Origin: Toensbergia leucococca
Taxonomy: Eukaryota
Assembly: GCA_022813965.1 (NCBI GenBank)
Contig: JALDZS010000016.1
Coordinates: 186,001-220,076, forward strand
Length of the DNA: 34,076 nt
Direction: 5' to 3'
The position numbers and the translations under genes are program-made. Shown piece by piece: positions 11,576-24,873 of the stretch (position 1 is its first letter; each line of letters starts with the position of its first letter). The notes under the pieces were generated by a model. It was not told the DNA's origin. It ran no database searches and saw nothing but the letters and a program-made list of their open reading frames with translations.

Positions 11576-12890
11576 AGGGGGTGGGGGGCGCAGAAAAAAA
11601 AAGAGAGAATGAATTCTGCAAAAAATAAAAAGTCCACACCAAACCGCACCAGAAATCTTGAAAACCTCGATCACAAAAAAGAAAAAAAAAAGGAAAAAGG
11701 GAATTAACCCTCAAATCCTCCCCTTCGCTCATCATGTAAGATCTCACATGTTCTATCCTTGACCATATATCGTAATCCAACTTCCTGGCAAAAAAAAAAA
11801 AGAGGGAAAAAAAAACAAATAAAGGCCAAGACGACAAAAGGAAGCTTTTCTACCGGGAAAAAAAAAAGGAGGGAAAGTGAAGAAAAAGAAAAAGACATGG
11901 CACCTACCAACCACCTGCCCCCACATTGCCAAAAAAAAACCAACAAAAAAACAATGGAACAGGGGCTCAAATCACACCCCCGAATCCCGCACCTCATAGT
12001 CCCCAGCCACCAGGATCTTGGAACCCCGTTTCCATCCTCAATTGTACTCACCCACCCCCCCCCCACCCCCCCGGCAAAGGACCCAGAGAGTGTAAAATAG
12101 AACTATCACGGAACCCAGAGGGCGGGGGGAGCCAAAAAAAAAGGGTAAAAACTCCAAACCCAAACCCCCCCAACAATAGCCCCCCGAAAAAAAAAAAGAG
12201 ATCTCAAGAAAGAAATGGAAGGAAAAAGGAAGACAAAGACACGAAAAAATCCGGCCAAAGGAAAAAAGAAAAGTAACAAGCAAAAAGGGGGGCCCGGGAG
12301 CTGGAAAGCTGGACACCAAAAAAAAAACACAGGGATCTTCCAAATTTTCTGTGAGAATGAAAAGCGCCCAAAGAAACAAACAAAAAGAGGGGCGCGGATT
12401 TGGGGAGGAATTTTGTAGAATAGGCGAGTTGTGATTGGGTGTTCGAAACCATCGACTTTTTTTTTTGTAAATCAATCTACGTGTCATGATGGCGCCCAGG
12501 ACATGGTTTCAAATATTGGGGATGGGGGGACACTTAGTGAAATGAGCATAAAAACAGGTTCATTGAAACAATCTGATTTCCATGAGATGGTTAAAAAGAA
12601 AGAAAGACTAAATAATCTATATAGCTTCCAAGGAAACGAAAAAAAAAAAAAAACCGCCCGAGGGAGGGCATTAGCAACGCAAACCCAATCCCGCCTTCCT
12701 GCTTCCCAAATCAAGAACAGCCCGGCCAAAGTTATGAGTCCAAAAAAAAAAGACAAACAAAACTATAGACAATTTCATTGAAAAAAGGAAATGCATAGTA
12801 TTAGTCGGATATAGATCGAGGCTAGGACAGACAAACAAGCCAAGGCAAAGAAGGGGCAATAATTAGGGTAAAAATTTGGGGGCATGAAAA
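11576..12890. other. Low-complexity, homopolymer-rich, A-skewed intergenic tract downstream of the PKS
   Basis: Dense A7-A12, C and G runs. The overlapping ORFs are K/F/P/G-biased with no recognisable motif. Confidence 0.7.
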
Positions 12891-12995
12891 ACACCGGCCT
12901 TCGAGACATCATATTCATCAAAACTCAAACCCATATAATAGAAAATGAACAAATTGACCTTCCCCCCTTGCTCCATCCATCTTTTGACACAAACT

Positions 12996-15900
12996 TTATA
13001 GTAGTGCTTCTCTCAAGAAGTCAACAAGCTTGTTCACTAATGGGTCTCGCATCATGCTGAAATGATTACCAGTCATCTGCCTGCAGGTAATCTTCTCGGT
13101 ATCGAGGTAGGTATCCCACAGATTCGGTCCAAAGTCTGTTCTGTTCTCCAATAACCACTGCGCATGGCCGTAAGGATAAGGATCTGGTCTAATGTCCTCA
13201 GGGTTCTTGCACACACCATCCTCGCACCAGATGGCAAAAACCTTTGGTGTACGCGCGGGATCGATCTTCACGGCGGTGTACTCGGAAAGGGCAGTGACGG
13301 AAGCGGCAAAGTGGGGTAGGAGCCAAGCAGGGAGCTTTTCCATGGCGCCTTCGCCGTCGCCGAGAAGACCAATGGAGCCGAAGAAGCGATGCAAAGATTG
13401 CGGGAGTGCTTCGATGATGAGTGGGCAGGGAGTATCGATGAGGAGTAGAGTTTCAACCACGTCGCCGGCATCGGTAAGCTGGCGGACTGTTTCAAAGGAT
13501 ATGACTCCGCCGGCGGACCAGCCTCCGATATTGTAAGGACCTTGGGGCTGACGGCGTTTGATTTCTTGGATGAATTTTGTGGCCATACCTGTTACACCAC
13601 AGGTGTACTCTTCTGGAGTCTTCATGTAAGGAGAGTTGAGGCCCCAGACGGCGACTTTGCGGGAAATCTCTGGCATGAAGACGTACGAGGTGGCAGAGCC
13701 ACTACCATCAGGGACAAGCCAGAATGTCTTTTCGGCTACCTTGGGGTTTCCTTGAAGGAGAACGGAGCTCGCGGAGCGTTCAGGTTTGGCTGATGCCAAG
13801 GAATCGGAAATGCTCGACAGCTGTGGGGTGGTGCTAAGGTTGAGCTTTGACTTGGTCTTGGGTTTAGCTTTCGGTTTGGGTTCAGGGCGGCCGACGTTCA
13901 GTGCTTTCTCAATATTGAAGATAGAAGGATTGTCAATCAAAAAGTTGGAGGACAACGAAAGGCCAGTCTTCTCTCGTAAAACACCCAGAATGGTCAAACT
14001 CATCAAAGAGTCCATGCCGAGTGCCTTCAGATCGGTGACCGCCATCATCTCCGCAATATCACAACCCATTTCGGTGGCCAAAGTCTCTCGAATGGTCATG
14101 GACAATGAAGCCGTGTCACCAAGTTCAAGTTCGTCCTCAGAAGTACCTGGCGTGGAAGGACTTCCGCCGTCGCTTGACTCAGCATTAGACTCCAAGCTTG
14201 GTGTGATGCTACCATCCGATGTGTAGGACGAATCAAGGATCTCCGGCGGGTTGAACTGGCTGAAGAAATTCTTCAGTTCTCCGACAGTAGGATGATCGTT
14301 GAAAACAGATGACTGGATATGGAGCTCCAATTCTTCGCGAATCCGACCGCTTATAGTCAAAGACATGAGAGAATCAACACCCATGTCAGCGAAAACAATC
14401 GCATCTGCTAATTCTTCCGATGATATTCCGACTTCGGTCGCAATGATGTCGATGACTCTATCAACAACTGAAAATGTTGGCTTTGAGACAGAACGCGCAC
14501 GTTTAGATATCTTTGCAGAGATAACTGGTGCAGCGGCTTTGGTAGCAGCAGTACTGACAGTCGGTCTTGGTGTAGGTGTAAGCCCTTGAGGTGGTAAAAA
14601 TGTATTCAGAAGCTGGCGTGGAATACATTGGAATTTCATCCCTTTGACAATGCCGATGATCCTGTCTCCATCAAAAACGTAGACATCACCTGCGACCATT
14701 TGCTTTCCAGATTCTTGCATCCTGACATAGGAACGATATGTCTTGCTAGCCGAAAGTGGCTCTGCGAAGCGCATTCCTTCCCAGCCATGCGAGATATAGA
14801 CCTGCGTTGCGGAGTCGATGGCATCGTTAGCATTGACAGTAAATCCACCAAGATGAGCAACACTGTCAATCCAGTAAGGGCTACAAAAGAAAGTCCCGTC
14901 GGCTTCTGTCGTCTGGAAAATAATGTTCGAGGTAGCTTCAAGTTTTGGGCTGTCCAAAATAACGTCTTCCATGCCTCTGTATTTCGGATCGTAGTCGACA
15001 AGGGCTGTGAATAGCTTATAAGCCATACCGCGGCGCATTCTGTGTGCATCTCCGTTTGCGGCAGCTTTCTTCAAATTGTCGATGCGATCGAGGACCATGA
15101 AAGCACTACGCTGCCACTCTGCAAGCCAAGTAGCTCCATCATCGAATTTGACATGGCATTTGGCATGCTCGGTCAGAGTCTTGCCAGCCAGACTTGAAAA
15201 AACAAGATCAGCTTTGTGCAGAGCAAGATTCAAAGTTGCAGATAACCGCAACACTTGGGCTTCGCCTCCCTTTGCATTTGCGATCAATGGCTTGAAGACT
15301 TCCATGTTACAAACATCCATATGAACAGTCTGAGTATCTGGTCGCAAGACCTTGTATAAATAGTCGCCGACTGTGAAGGCCATATCTCCATAGATCGAGG
15401 ATGGACACAATGGAGTTCCATTGACACGATGACCCATTATAGCCGCAAACAAATCAGGGCGTTGGACATCGGACTCGATAATAATACTCGCTATGCCATC
15501 TTTACATTCCTCAAAGACGATCTTCTGAACTGTAGTAGTCGAGAGTGGTGGAGTCACTTCTTCCGGGACTTCGGTGAGGAAGCCAACCTGACCTTTAGTA
15601 AGATTCCAATTGCCAACGTAGTCAATCCAGTAATTTTGGTTATCGAATGCATATGCAGGAAGGTCGAGTAGCTGGACGCAGTCCAAGAAATCGCGATGAT
15701 ATTCATTCCAATCGATACTCAGACCAGCAGTATGGAGCGCTGCCAGACTATTTGCAATGGTCTTATGCGCAGTCTCGTTTTTGCGGAGCGAGGGAACAGC
15801 TGTTATATCCTGGCTGAGTGATGATTTGACCATGGCTGAGCACACTGGGTGAGGACCCATCTCGATCCATACTGTCTGTTCATTCACGAGTCCTTGCTGT

Positions 15901-18900
15901 TGCGCAGCCGATATGGCACCAATAAAATGGACTGTCAGTCTCGCGTGTCTGCTCAGATAGCTAGCATCAATAATGTCCTCTGGCCCCAAGACACTAGACA
16001 ATAGAGGCGATACCACAGGAATAGTTGGTTTAAGGAATGTTACCGAGGAGGCGAACTTCTCGAAGTCGGCCAGGATTGGGTCCACTTGCGATGAGTGGAA
16101 AGCGTAAGGCACATTCAGCTTGATGCACTTGATACCTTCAGAGGCGAGCTTCACAGCGGCTGTATCAATATCTCCGGTCTTACCACTCAGAACAGTCTCT
16201 TGCGGTCCGTTGATACAGGCAAGTTCGATGCCAGGTATTCCACTGATGAGTTCCTCAGTAGCGTCTGCACTAGCTTTGACTGCTAACATTGCGTGCGAGC
16301 CGGCGGTACACTTATCCTGCAGCAACTTGGCCCGCTCTCCGACGAGGTAAATAGTTTCAGCAGTCGAAATGACGCCTGCAGCATTGAGAGCAGCATATTC
16401 GCCGAGACTATGACCTAGAACCGCCTTTGGCTTAAGCCCCCATGAGGCCCATAATCGTGTCAAGGACATTTGAATGCATGTAAGACCGACTTGTACTTCT
16501 AGGGGTGATAGACTGGCAATTTCAACTTCGCCAGTCACTAGAGGTAGAAAAGTCGGGAAACCTTGGCCACAGGCGATATTGTTGAAATCGTTGAGGTCCG
16601 AGCGGAACAGACTTGATGTCTCGTAGAGTTGTTTTCCGAGTGCAGCATAATGAGAGCCTTGGCCAGTAAACACGAAGGCCACATCTGGTTGCACATTCGA
16701 AACAGGATCGATCGTGTCATCGAGTTTTGACGCAAGTATCTCTCTCACTTTGACTAAGTTGTTACAGCTGAATGTGATCCGATAATTATGCTGTATCCGA
16801 CGGGCAGTCGTGGTGTAGGATAGATCTGCTATTGACAAATCTGGATTGTTATCCATGTACAGAATCAGACGGCGGGTATTTGCTCGGAGAGCAGATTTGG
16901 ATTTTGCCGAGACTGCAATGACCCAATCGGAACGAGTATCTCTTCTTGAAGGATGACTTTTGGGTCCTTCCTCAATCAGTAGTGCCGTGTTGCCTCCAGC
17001 AGCGCTAAAGTTGTTCACAAAGATTTTTCGAGGAAGGCCATTTTGAGGCACAAAAGGAGTAGTCTTGAAAGCAATATGAACGTTACGCTCTCGAAGATCC
17101 TTTGGAAACCCTTGGTTGATGGTACCTTTGATGCCGCAATGGGGAGGAATTGCGCTCTTCTGCAACATGAGCAGACACTTGATGAGCGCACTAACACCTG
17201 AGACAGCTTCACCGTGGCCAATGTTGGATTTGACGGACCCGAGATGGAGAGACTGCTTCCTAGTGCCTTTGCGAGACACTGGGGCAAAGACGTTTGTGAC
17301 AGACGTCATTTCTGTGCCGTCGCCAGCCTGAGTACCGGTGCCGTGCATTTCAACGTAGTCCACGTCATGAGCATCTACTCCAGCGCTGTCCAGGACCTTC
17401 TTGAACAGGATCTCTTGAGTCTTTGCGTGAGGATGAGTAATGGAAATGGCGTCTGCAGAGTGATTTGTTGCAGTATCGAGAATTATCCCGAGGATCCGAT
17501 CATTGTCAGCTTCAGCGTCTTCAAGTCTTTTGATAATCACGGTGCCGACGCCGTCGCCTCGACAGTATCCATCGGCATCATTGTCGAATGTCTGGCAATT
17601 GCCGGTCTTTGACAAGAATTGTCCCCGACTCAAACCAGAGAAGATGTCCGAATTCGTCATGACATTCATACCACCGGCAACAGCAGTATCAACATCTCCA
17701 GCCCATAGTGATGTACATGCTAGCTGGATAGCTGCCATACTTGAGGAACAAGCCGTATCCACACTGAAACTCGGGCCGCTAAACTTGAAGAAATAATTGA
17801 TCCTTCCCTATGCGAGCGTCAGCAAAACACATGTACTCTCCGTCAATATTATGGTGACCCACAGGTGCGAATGCCCTAACGCCCCCAGTGATAAAGTATG
17901 TATCAACATCTTGGGCGGCGTTGATTTCTCTCCAATCATCACTGGTTTGACCGTAAAAAGTGCCCACACGATCCAATCGAGTTGAGGGTGTTCTATTGGG
18001 GACGTAGCCAGACATTTCGAGAGCTTCAAAAGCCGTCGTTAGACCTAGTCTGTGCATTGGATCCGTCTGCTTCGCTTCTCTAGGAGACATGTTAAAGAAG
18101 CGAGGATCGAAAAGGCCAGGCTCATCGATAAAGCAACCGAATGGTGTATGGCTTGTATTTCGCTTTTTCCCAGTTGGGTCATAGTGTTTCTCCGGGTCGA
18201 AACGCTGTTTTGGGATCTATACGAAGTTAGTGGGATATGCAGAATTCGAGAATCACGATATTGTGCACCTTTCTATGAACATCCAGCCCAGCTTCGAGCA
18301 ATGACCAGAATGCCTCGTGATCAGCCGAATTTGGAAATCTCCCAGCCATTCCGACAATGGCAAGCTTGGATTTCCTTGCAACCCTCGGCTTCTCGTTGTC
18401 GCTAGAGAGAGCTGGTGATATTCGCGAGGAATCGTCCTGTAGGATAATCTCTATCTTTGTCCTCGACCTCAGTGCGTCGACGAAATTATGCGCTGCTTGG
18501 ATTGATCCACAAGGAACGATTTGACACTTGGAGCTTTTCTGTGCAGCCGCGATTTTGGCACAACTATTCAAGACACCCTCCAGCTGTAGCTGCTCGACCA
18601 ATATTTGATTTAGAGCTGTTTTCAACAGATCCGTCGTGCTGACCTTTTCACACCACGAACCCGTGCTTGTGGACATCATGGGTAGTCTCCGCGAGTACTG
18701 CCCAAAGAGTTCTGACACGCGAGGATCCGAAAGATGAAGGATCCTCTCAGCATCATAGCCTTGATGCAAGTGTGACGCATGATAAGGCCCATGGATGGAT
18801 GTTTCCATGCGCCTGCTGCCGAATAGGGGTGGGCTTTTGAATAGAGGCGCTAGAGTTGACGGCGGGCCGCTGATGGTAACACCAGAATCTGTGATGGCGC

Positions 18901-19620
18901 TAACGTACGCATGATTAGATATCGGCAGAACCTAGAGATTTTCATGTCAGTGAAGTTCTAATGCTCTTACAGAGAATAAGCTTACTGTCTCCTTGTGAAA
19001 AGCATCGATAGCAGCCTGTGCTGCTGTGGCCGTCTCTCCAAGAACGTTGATCGACCAACTCGTTGAGCCATCGCTCGGTTGATGCAACAATTTTGCAACG
19101 TTTCCAACATAAAGACCTGTCCTGAATGCGATCAAGACAACCTCAACACCAAGTGGAATTAATTTGGGTAGCGACGGGGATGAGGCTACACAGGCGGCGG
19201 CCAGGAGCCCAGTGCATAACCCTACAATGCAAGTCTTTGACAGCTCAACCGGCTCTCCGTAGAGATTGCTGGCATATCTGAATTTATCAGTAAAGGTATG
19301 AGAGAGGGTCTATCAAGTAATACTCACTCCATGTAGTGAGCCAGTTGAGAGATACAAAAGATGGCGCTCTCGATCCCGACATTGCAGCTTGGTCGTGAAT
19401 AGCTGCGATCAACGAGCTCCTCAATAGTTGTAAAATCAGGAATATTACTTCGCTCTGATGGAGGGAGTTGAGCGACCTCAAACCGAAGAGCTGCCCCAAC
19501 CCTTTCAAAAAAGGAGCGAATTAAAGGGTTCGTTCGACCCGCGTTCAACTGGGCACGCAGAAACGCTTGGATGTCCAGGGCTTGGTCACCAAAAAGGAGC
19601 ACCTTCATTTCTGTAGACAT
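12996..19620 (-). CDS. pks1: Iterative non-reducing polyketide synthase SAT-KS-AT-PT-ACP-ACP-TE (~2137 aa), T4HN/DHN-melanin synthase type. Exons 19620-19328, 19277-18986, 18931-18269, 18216-17863, 17807-12996
   Basis: SAT LFGDQ and GLCTG; KS DTACSSS, HGTGT, NIGHGE; AT GHSLGE and [17 protein letters not shown]; two ACPs (GVDSL, GMDSL); TE GWSAGG and GNHF. The TE segment [23 protein letters not shown] resembles melanin PKS1-type enzymes. Clustered with a THN reductase and a scytalone dehydratase. Confidence 0.96.
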
Positions 19621-21943
19621 GATTATGATGATTAAGGTTGAACTGGGAACACTGAGGACACTGAAGATACTGAAAAGCCTTAGGTGAGAAGATGTACTGT
19701 GTAACTCATGGGTAATATGGCCTTATATTGAAGCATCACCCTTTTGTATGGAGCTTTGGAGCAAACTTGATCCTGACGGTACGGCTTGGAAATCCTCTTG
19801 CAAGCATGGTAGAGGCTTGACAAGCTCGGCACATGATGATTTCACGATCTTGTGGCCATATGGAGTGTAACATTGGTGGTGGCTGGTCAAGCATCACTGT
19901 GTCGACGAGGGCCGAAGCATGCATGGTCGACCAAGGCGAGCGATAGGGCTGGGGCCTCGAGTCGACAACGTCGAGTCTGTTTTTGTCCTTGCATCATTGT
20001 ATTTTCAATCATACGGAAACAAAGTGTCTCACATGGCACAATCTACCGTATCTGGCTTGTTAGCATCCGAATAGGCGTTCGCCCCAGGCACCGAAGAGTC
20101 AAGCGATATTCACCATACCTATGGCCCAAGCCGGATATCTCGTAATCGAGGCCCCCGGGACACTCGGGGGTTCAAGAGAATAGCCGTAACCGAGAGAGAA
20201 AAGACTGGGACTGGCGTCAAGTACGAAGACTGGCCGAGTCAATCTCAAGACTAAACCTTGCTACAAAGCTTGCCCTGAGGCTCGGTAAGATTCCCGGCCT
20301 AGAGGCCTGGGTCATCGTGGCAAGAGAAAGTATGGAATGGGAATACACACATCGGGACCAAGTACTGAATAACAATGCCATGTTGGCGATGAAATTAGAG
20401 AAGCACGAGACACATTCAGTGCATAAGCATTCAAGTAGAGACTAAAGACTTGGAACCTTGGGAAAAAGCCCCAAGTGTTATCGTCTCTCATTTTGCCTCG
20501 CAGCGGAAATTGGCCCAATTCTCGACATATCGGAAGCAGCAGCACGTGGAAGGGAGAAATGCTTACTTCATTTCTTGGAAGCCAGCATGGTTGTCTTCTT
20601 CATCCCCGTCGAAGGCACGTGATGGGATATGGTGCCATGGGTCACGGTGGTCCAGATAATTTACATTACTGGTAGAGTACGGTATCGGAAATTACGTCTC
20701 AATGGTTCTTCTATTTCTAGCTGGTCGAGGACGATGGCGGCAGGATGTTTGAAGTAAGGTATGGATTCAGGTATGGATTCCTGCAGTTGCCTGGTAGTCA
20801 TCACGTCACAGCCAAGCGCGCGTGGAGGGAGGACAACAACGTTGGGAAGGTGACCCTGGCGCTTGCTTTGTCTGTGACTGGTTACCGTGAACCCTTAACC
20901 GCAGGGACATTCCCGGGAGTTTTGGTAGCATCATGTCTGTCGGCTATCTGATGATACAAGGACTAAAGTAGTCTGTATACCTTAGAATACCTACATACTA
21001 GCACTAGTAATAATGATGATGTGCACTTGTTTCTCTCCCTTGTACTTTCCTAGCGCGTCTGGTCTGTCTCTCTCTCTCCCTACTCCATATGACTCCACTC
21101 AGTCTCTCGTTCTCTCTTGCACCTTCCTTGTTCCTTCCTTTCCGCCCCTCCAGGGTCCTAGACGTGTCGATCAACGATATGCTAGCTCCCGGTTGTACAA
21201 AGCCTATTTCTCCCTTTGCCATTAGGCTTGCCGATTCCCTGCCTTACTGGTTATCATTATACCTTAGTCAGGTATTATTGTATCAATGTCTTGTAGCCGT
21301 TCCACAGAAACTGCCTGTCCTCGGACCCTGAAGCTGCAGCTAGCGGTGATCATGCACGTCGAATCAATTGTCCGTTGCCCATTGTCCCTCAGGTCAACCT
21401 GAAGCTCTATTTCTAATGTTTCCAAAGTTTCTAATGCCGCAACGAGATCTCGGATGTGTCCATCTTGCATCTCCCTTCTCGCGAGGGTCTTTTCCGCCTA
21501 TGAATTTGCGCCTAGTGCTAGACTTTCCGACTCGTCAATGATTCATCGCAGGATTCTGCATAAGGTCGTTGGCTGGCAGGCCTTAATCTAAGTTTGGGGA
21601 ATATGCTTCGTGCCTGTCCTTGCTTACCAGCACACGCTCGTTCGGGATCCCGACCCCCAATTACATCGACACTTTGGAGAAGGATCGCTACCCAGTTCCC
21701 CACTGTGCCCGTGGGCTTACATGATAACACGAGTATGGCCTTAGTGGGGAAGTGCAAGCATATGCAAGCATGTCCTAGGCCTAGTTCCCTCGAGGAATTT
21801 CTGATATCCATTTTAGGAATCCTTTTAACCCTATCTTAATTGTGACCTGCCAATATAATCATCACAACGCTCACCTCACCATCACAGTCTATATACCTAT
21901 TTCTAGTGTTTAATCACCGCAGGAAGGAATCTCGGCCGAAGTC

Positions 21944-23335
21944 ATGTTCCGTATCAACGAGCTCTCGAAGCTACAGCAACAGCAGTCTCATCCGGGCTCC
22001 CCAGAGCAAACCAGAGCCAAACCAACTCATGCCAGATTAAGAGCTTCATGCGATAGTTGCCTCACCGCCAAGGTCAAATGTACCAAAACCCGACCAGTGT
22101 GCGCACGCTGCCTCTCAAACGGTGCACCATGTGCCTACAGTCCTTCAGCACGAGCCGGGAGACAGAAAAGCAGCGTGAGCAACATCAACACCAACAGACG
22201 CAGCATCAACAATACCACCACTACCAACAACAGCAACAACAACGATAACAACAATGACGAGATGGAAGCTTCTCCAAGCGGTCCTTCACTGCCCAAAAGC
22301 CCAATTCGACCCACACCCCCTTACTACAACGACCCATCTCCTGCTCAGACTGAAAGTGGCATGTTTGGCTGCTCCCCACCCCATTCAATGGAGGAGGACC
22401 AGAGACGAATGGCACAGGACATCACACAAAGAATGCAAGAAGACAACACCCCAATCATGAGCTTCCTCACCTCGCAGCCCACCAACGCCGAGCTCATGAG
22501 CACTTTCCTGCCTATGGCATCTTCACCCCCATGCCCGGGCCTGGGGGCAGCATTGCTCACCCCGGAACTCGAAAGCCCGCCAAGACCGGAGTGGGCCACC
22601 AACCTCAACACCAGCATGTCTCCCTGGTCAGAAAGCCATCTTGACATGACGCCTATGGGCCAAGTTTCGTACTCCTGCGAGCCCCTACACCCCACCATCT
22701 CGACACACTCGTCCAACTCGGACAGTAGTCAGAACATGGGGTCTATGACGCCAGACACAATGACTCCAGATCCTCGTGCATGCGATTGCTTCACCGTGTG
22801 TCTGCAAGCGCTGCAATCCCTTCACTTCCATTCGTCCACTCAGCAGGGCACCTTGCCCTTTGATGTGGTTCTTACCATCAACCGAGAGGCCATTGAAGGC
22901 TGCTCAGCCATGTTGAGTTGTACGAAGTGCTTGTCCAAGAGCGGCAGCAGCATCTGGACGATGCTTCTCGCAACCCTCATCGGCAAAGTTGTCTCCCTGT
23001 ACCGATCCGTCTCTTACTCGCACACGTCCCCTCTAGAAAGCCCCATTGTACGAGCCAAATCCCAGGGATCCGTCACCTTTGGGGCGTACCGAATTGCCAG
23101 CGAGGACGAGAAAATGCTCGAGATGGAAATCTTACTAATCGAATTGAGAAAGGTCAAGAAGATTCTGGACCGATACCAGGGCAAGTTCCGGATTGCACAA
23201 GCCGAAAAGGACGAGATGAGCGTGTATGGAGTCTTGGCTTCTCACATGGCGCAGAATCTGCACTTTCTCTACGAGTTCCTTCGGGTCCGGAAAAGCGGGG
23301 CTTCGCAGAATGTCCGGAGGAACATTGACATATGA
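21944..23335 (+). CDS. Zn(II)2Cys6 transcription factor, AflR-like (463 aa, intronless), divergent from the PKS
   Basis: Binuclear cluster CDSCLTAKVKCTKTRPVCARCLSNGAPCAY. C-terminal CDC..ALQSL..FDVVLTINREAIEGCSAMLSCTKC region resembles the AflR regulatory domain. Confidence 0.92.
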   Translation: MFRINELSKLQQQQSHPGSPEQTRAKPTHARLRASCDSCLTAKVKCTKTRPVCARCLSNGAPCAYSPSARAGRQKSSVSNINTNRRSINNTTTTNNSNNNDNNNDEMEASPSGPSLPKSPIRPTPPYYNDPSPAQTESGMFGCSPPHSMEEDQRRMAQDITQRMQEDNTPIMSFLTSQPTNAELMSTFLPMASSPPCPGLGAALLTPELESPPRPEWATNLNTSMSPWSESHLDMTPMGQVSYSCEPLHPTISTHSSNSDSSQNMGSMTPDTMTPDPRACDCFTVCLQALQSLHFHSSTQQGTLPFDVVLTINREAIEGCSAMLSCTKCLSKSGSSIWTMLLATLIGKVVSLYRSVSYSHTSPLESPIVRAKSQGSVTFGAYRIASEDEKMLEMEILLIELRKVKKILDRYQGKFRIAQAEKDEMSVYGVLASHMAQNLHFLYEFLRVRKSGASQNVRRNIDI

Positions 23336-23602
23336 GACACGATTAACGAATGGACCCACGAATGATCGAGATCTACTTTATCCTTTTCTTCGCTTCGATT
23401 TGCGTACTAGAGTTGAGCCCCTTTCCCCACTAGACAGTATGCGAACAACAACAACAATACATGGGTACAAACAACAATAGATAACTAGCTAAATCCTAAA
23501 GTAATTTGATTGATTCCGAGTCCAATTATTATATGTCTTTTCTTCCACGTCTTGCAATCCCCTCCCCAATTAACATAGACTACGCCATACCAATTACAGC
23601 TA

Positions 23603-24530
23603 CTACTGCCCCGAGCCGCCGGAAATGGTGACGATTTGCCCTAAAGTAGCGCATCCGTCAGTAAAAAGCAAAAAAAAGGAGATTGAGGGGGATGTGCCAT
23701 CGGAGGCAACACCGACATGTCTCACCATTAACCCAGCCGCCATCCGCGCCCACCAAAAAAGCCACCACCCGCGCCACATCGGCAGGCACGGCACACCGGC
23801 CCAGCGGGCAATGATTGGCCATGGCCGTTTCGATCCGCTCCGCGCTCCACGTCTGATCGGCGCCGGGGATATACCTCCAGGCGGCGTGAGCGAACATGTC
23901 TGATTTGACGCCGCCGGGCGCGATGGCGTTGCAGGTCATGCCCCTTTTGCCGAAGTCGGTGGCGAAGGATTTGGTGATGCCGTTGATGGCGGACTTGCTG
24001 CCCGAGTACAGGGCGTGGTCTGCGACGCCGAGGAGGCCGGCGGCGATGGACGACATCAGCACCAAGCGCCCGCCGGGCTCGCAGTACTTGTAGGCGTGCT
24101 GGCCGACGAAGAACTGGGCGCGGGTGTTGAGGCCAAAGACGTGGTCGTAGAGGTCCTCGGTCACGTCTTCGGTCTTCTCGAAGCACTCGGTGCCGGAATT
24201 GGAGACGACGATGTCGATTTTGCCGTAGTGGGCCTTGGCGGCTTCGAAGAGGGTGGTGATTTCGCCGGTGCGGGACACGTCGGCTGCGAGGGCGATGGCG
24301 TCGCTGCCGTGAGTGCGGATTTCCGCTACTACTTCGTCGGCGGCGGTTTTGCTTTTGGCGTAGTTTACGACGACGGAGGCGCCGCGGGAGCCGAGCTCGA
24401 TGGCGATGCCTCGGCCGATGCCGCGGGATGAGCCTGTCACCAGGGCGACTTTGCCTGCTAGAGGTTTGTTGCCGGTGGAGCTTGATCCGTTCGTGGCGCC
24501 GTTGGAGGATCCGTTCGTTTCTCCGGCCAT
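23603..24530 (-). CDS. arp2: Hydroxynaphthalene reductase (SDR), T4HN-reductase/Arp2-like, 280 aa. Exons 24530-23726, 23640-23603
   Basis: TGSSRGIG Rossmann motif, VSNSG, MSSIA, HALYSGSK (YxxxK), GVKSDMF..AWRYIPG. The Trp-containing loop matches 4HNR/Arp2 rather than the 3HNR CREYIP loop. Spliced C-terminus WVNGQIVTISGGSGQ. Confidence 0.9.
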
Positions 24531-24843
24531 TGTTGCTGTTTGTCGAGTATTAGGGCTACAATTTGTTTAGCGAAACCCTTTGTTAAAAAATTTCTTCCTC
24601 CAATTGAGAGAGGTAACCGCAATGGGAAACTTACAGTGAACTGATTAGAATTATGATTATTTGGGCAGCAATTGGAAGTCGTAGAAGTATCGCTGCTGTG
24701 TTTGTGCGAGTCCGAGTAAATGGTAAGATAGGAAGCCAGAAGCATTGAGGGCTTTTGTAGATCATATATGAATTTCACCATGGCCGTATGCATTGAGCAT
24801 CTCCTCTTTCCTCGGTTTTGCACGAGAGACGCGTCAGACTTCG

Positions 24844-24873
24844 TCGTTGCTCGATGACCCAATCGGCCATCGA
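24844..24873. promoter_or_regulatory. Two adjacent TCG-N5-CGA palindromes (AflR-type site) in the reductase/dehydratase bidirectional promoter
   Basis: TCGTTGCTCGA at 24844-24854 and TCGGCCATCGA at 24863-24873. A third lies at 25013-25023 and one at 21167-21177 between the PKS and TF. Confidence 0.6.

Noticed and set aside
11574..12859. Many overlapping K-rich / F-rich ORFs
   Set aside because: By-products of homopolymer runs; no domain signal.
13192..17985. Numerous + strand ORFs within the PKS, and similar antisense ORFs within the laccase, TF, SDR, BVMO and uve1
   Set aside because: Antisense or alternate-frame shadows of well-supported genes.
19700..21900. Searched the PKS-TF intergenic region for an AflS/AflJ-like co-activator or a tRNA (GTTCAAG near 20170)
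   Set aside because: No ORF or exon chain with such features and no cloverleaf; treated as a long bidirectional promoter.
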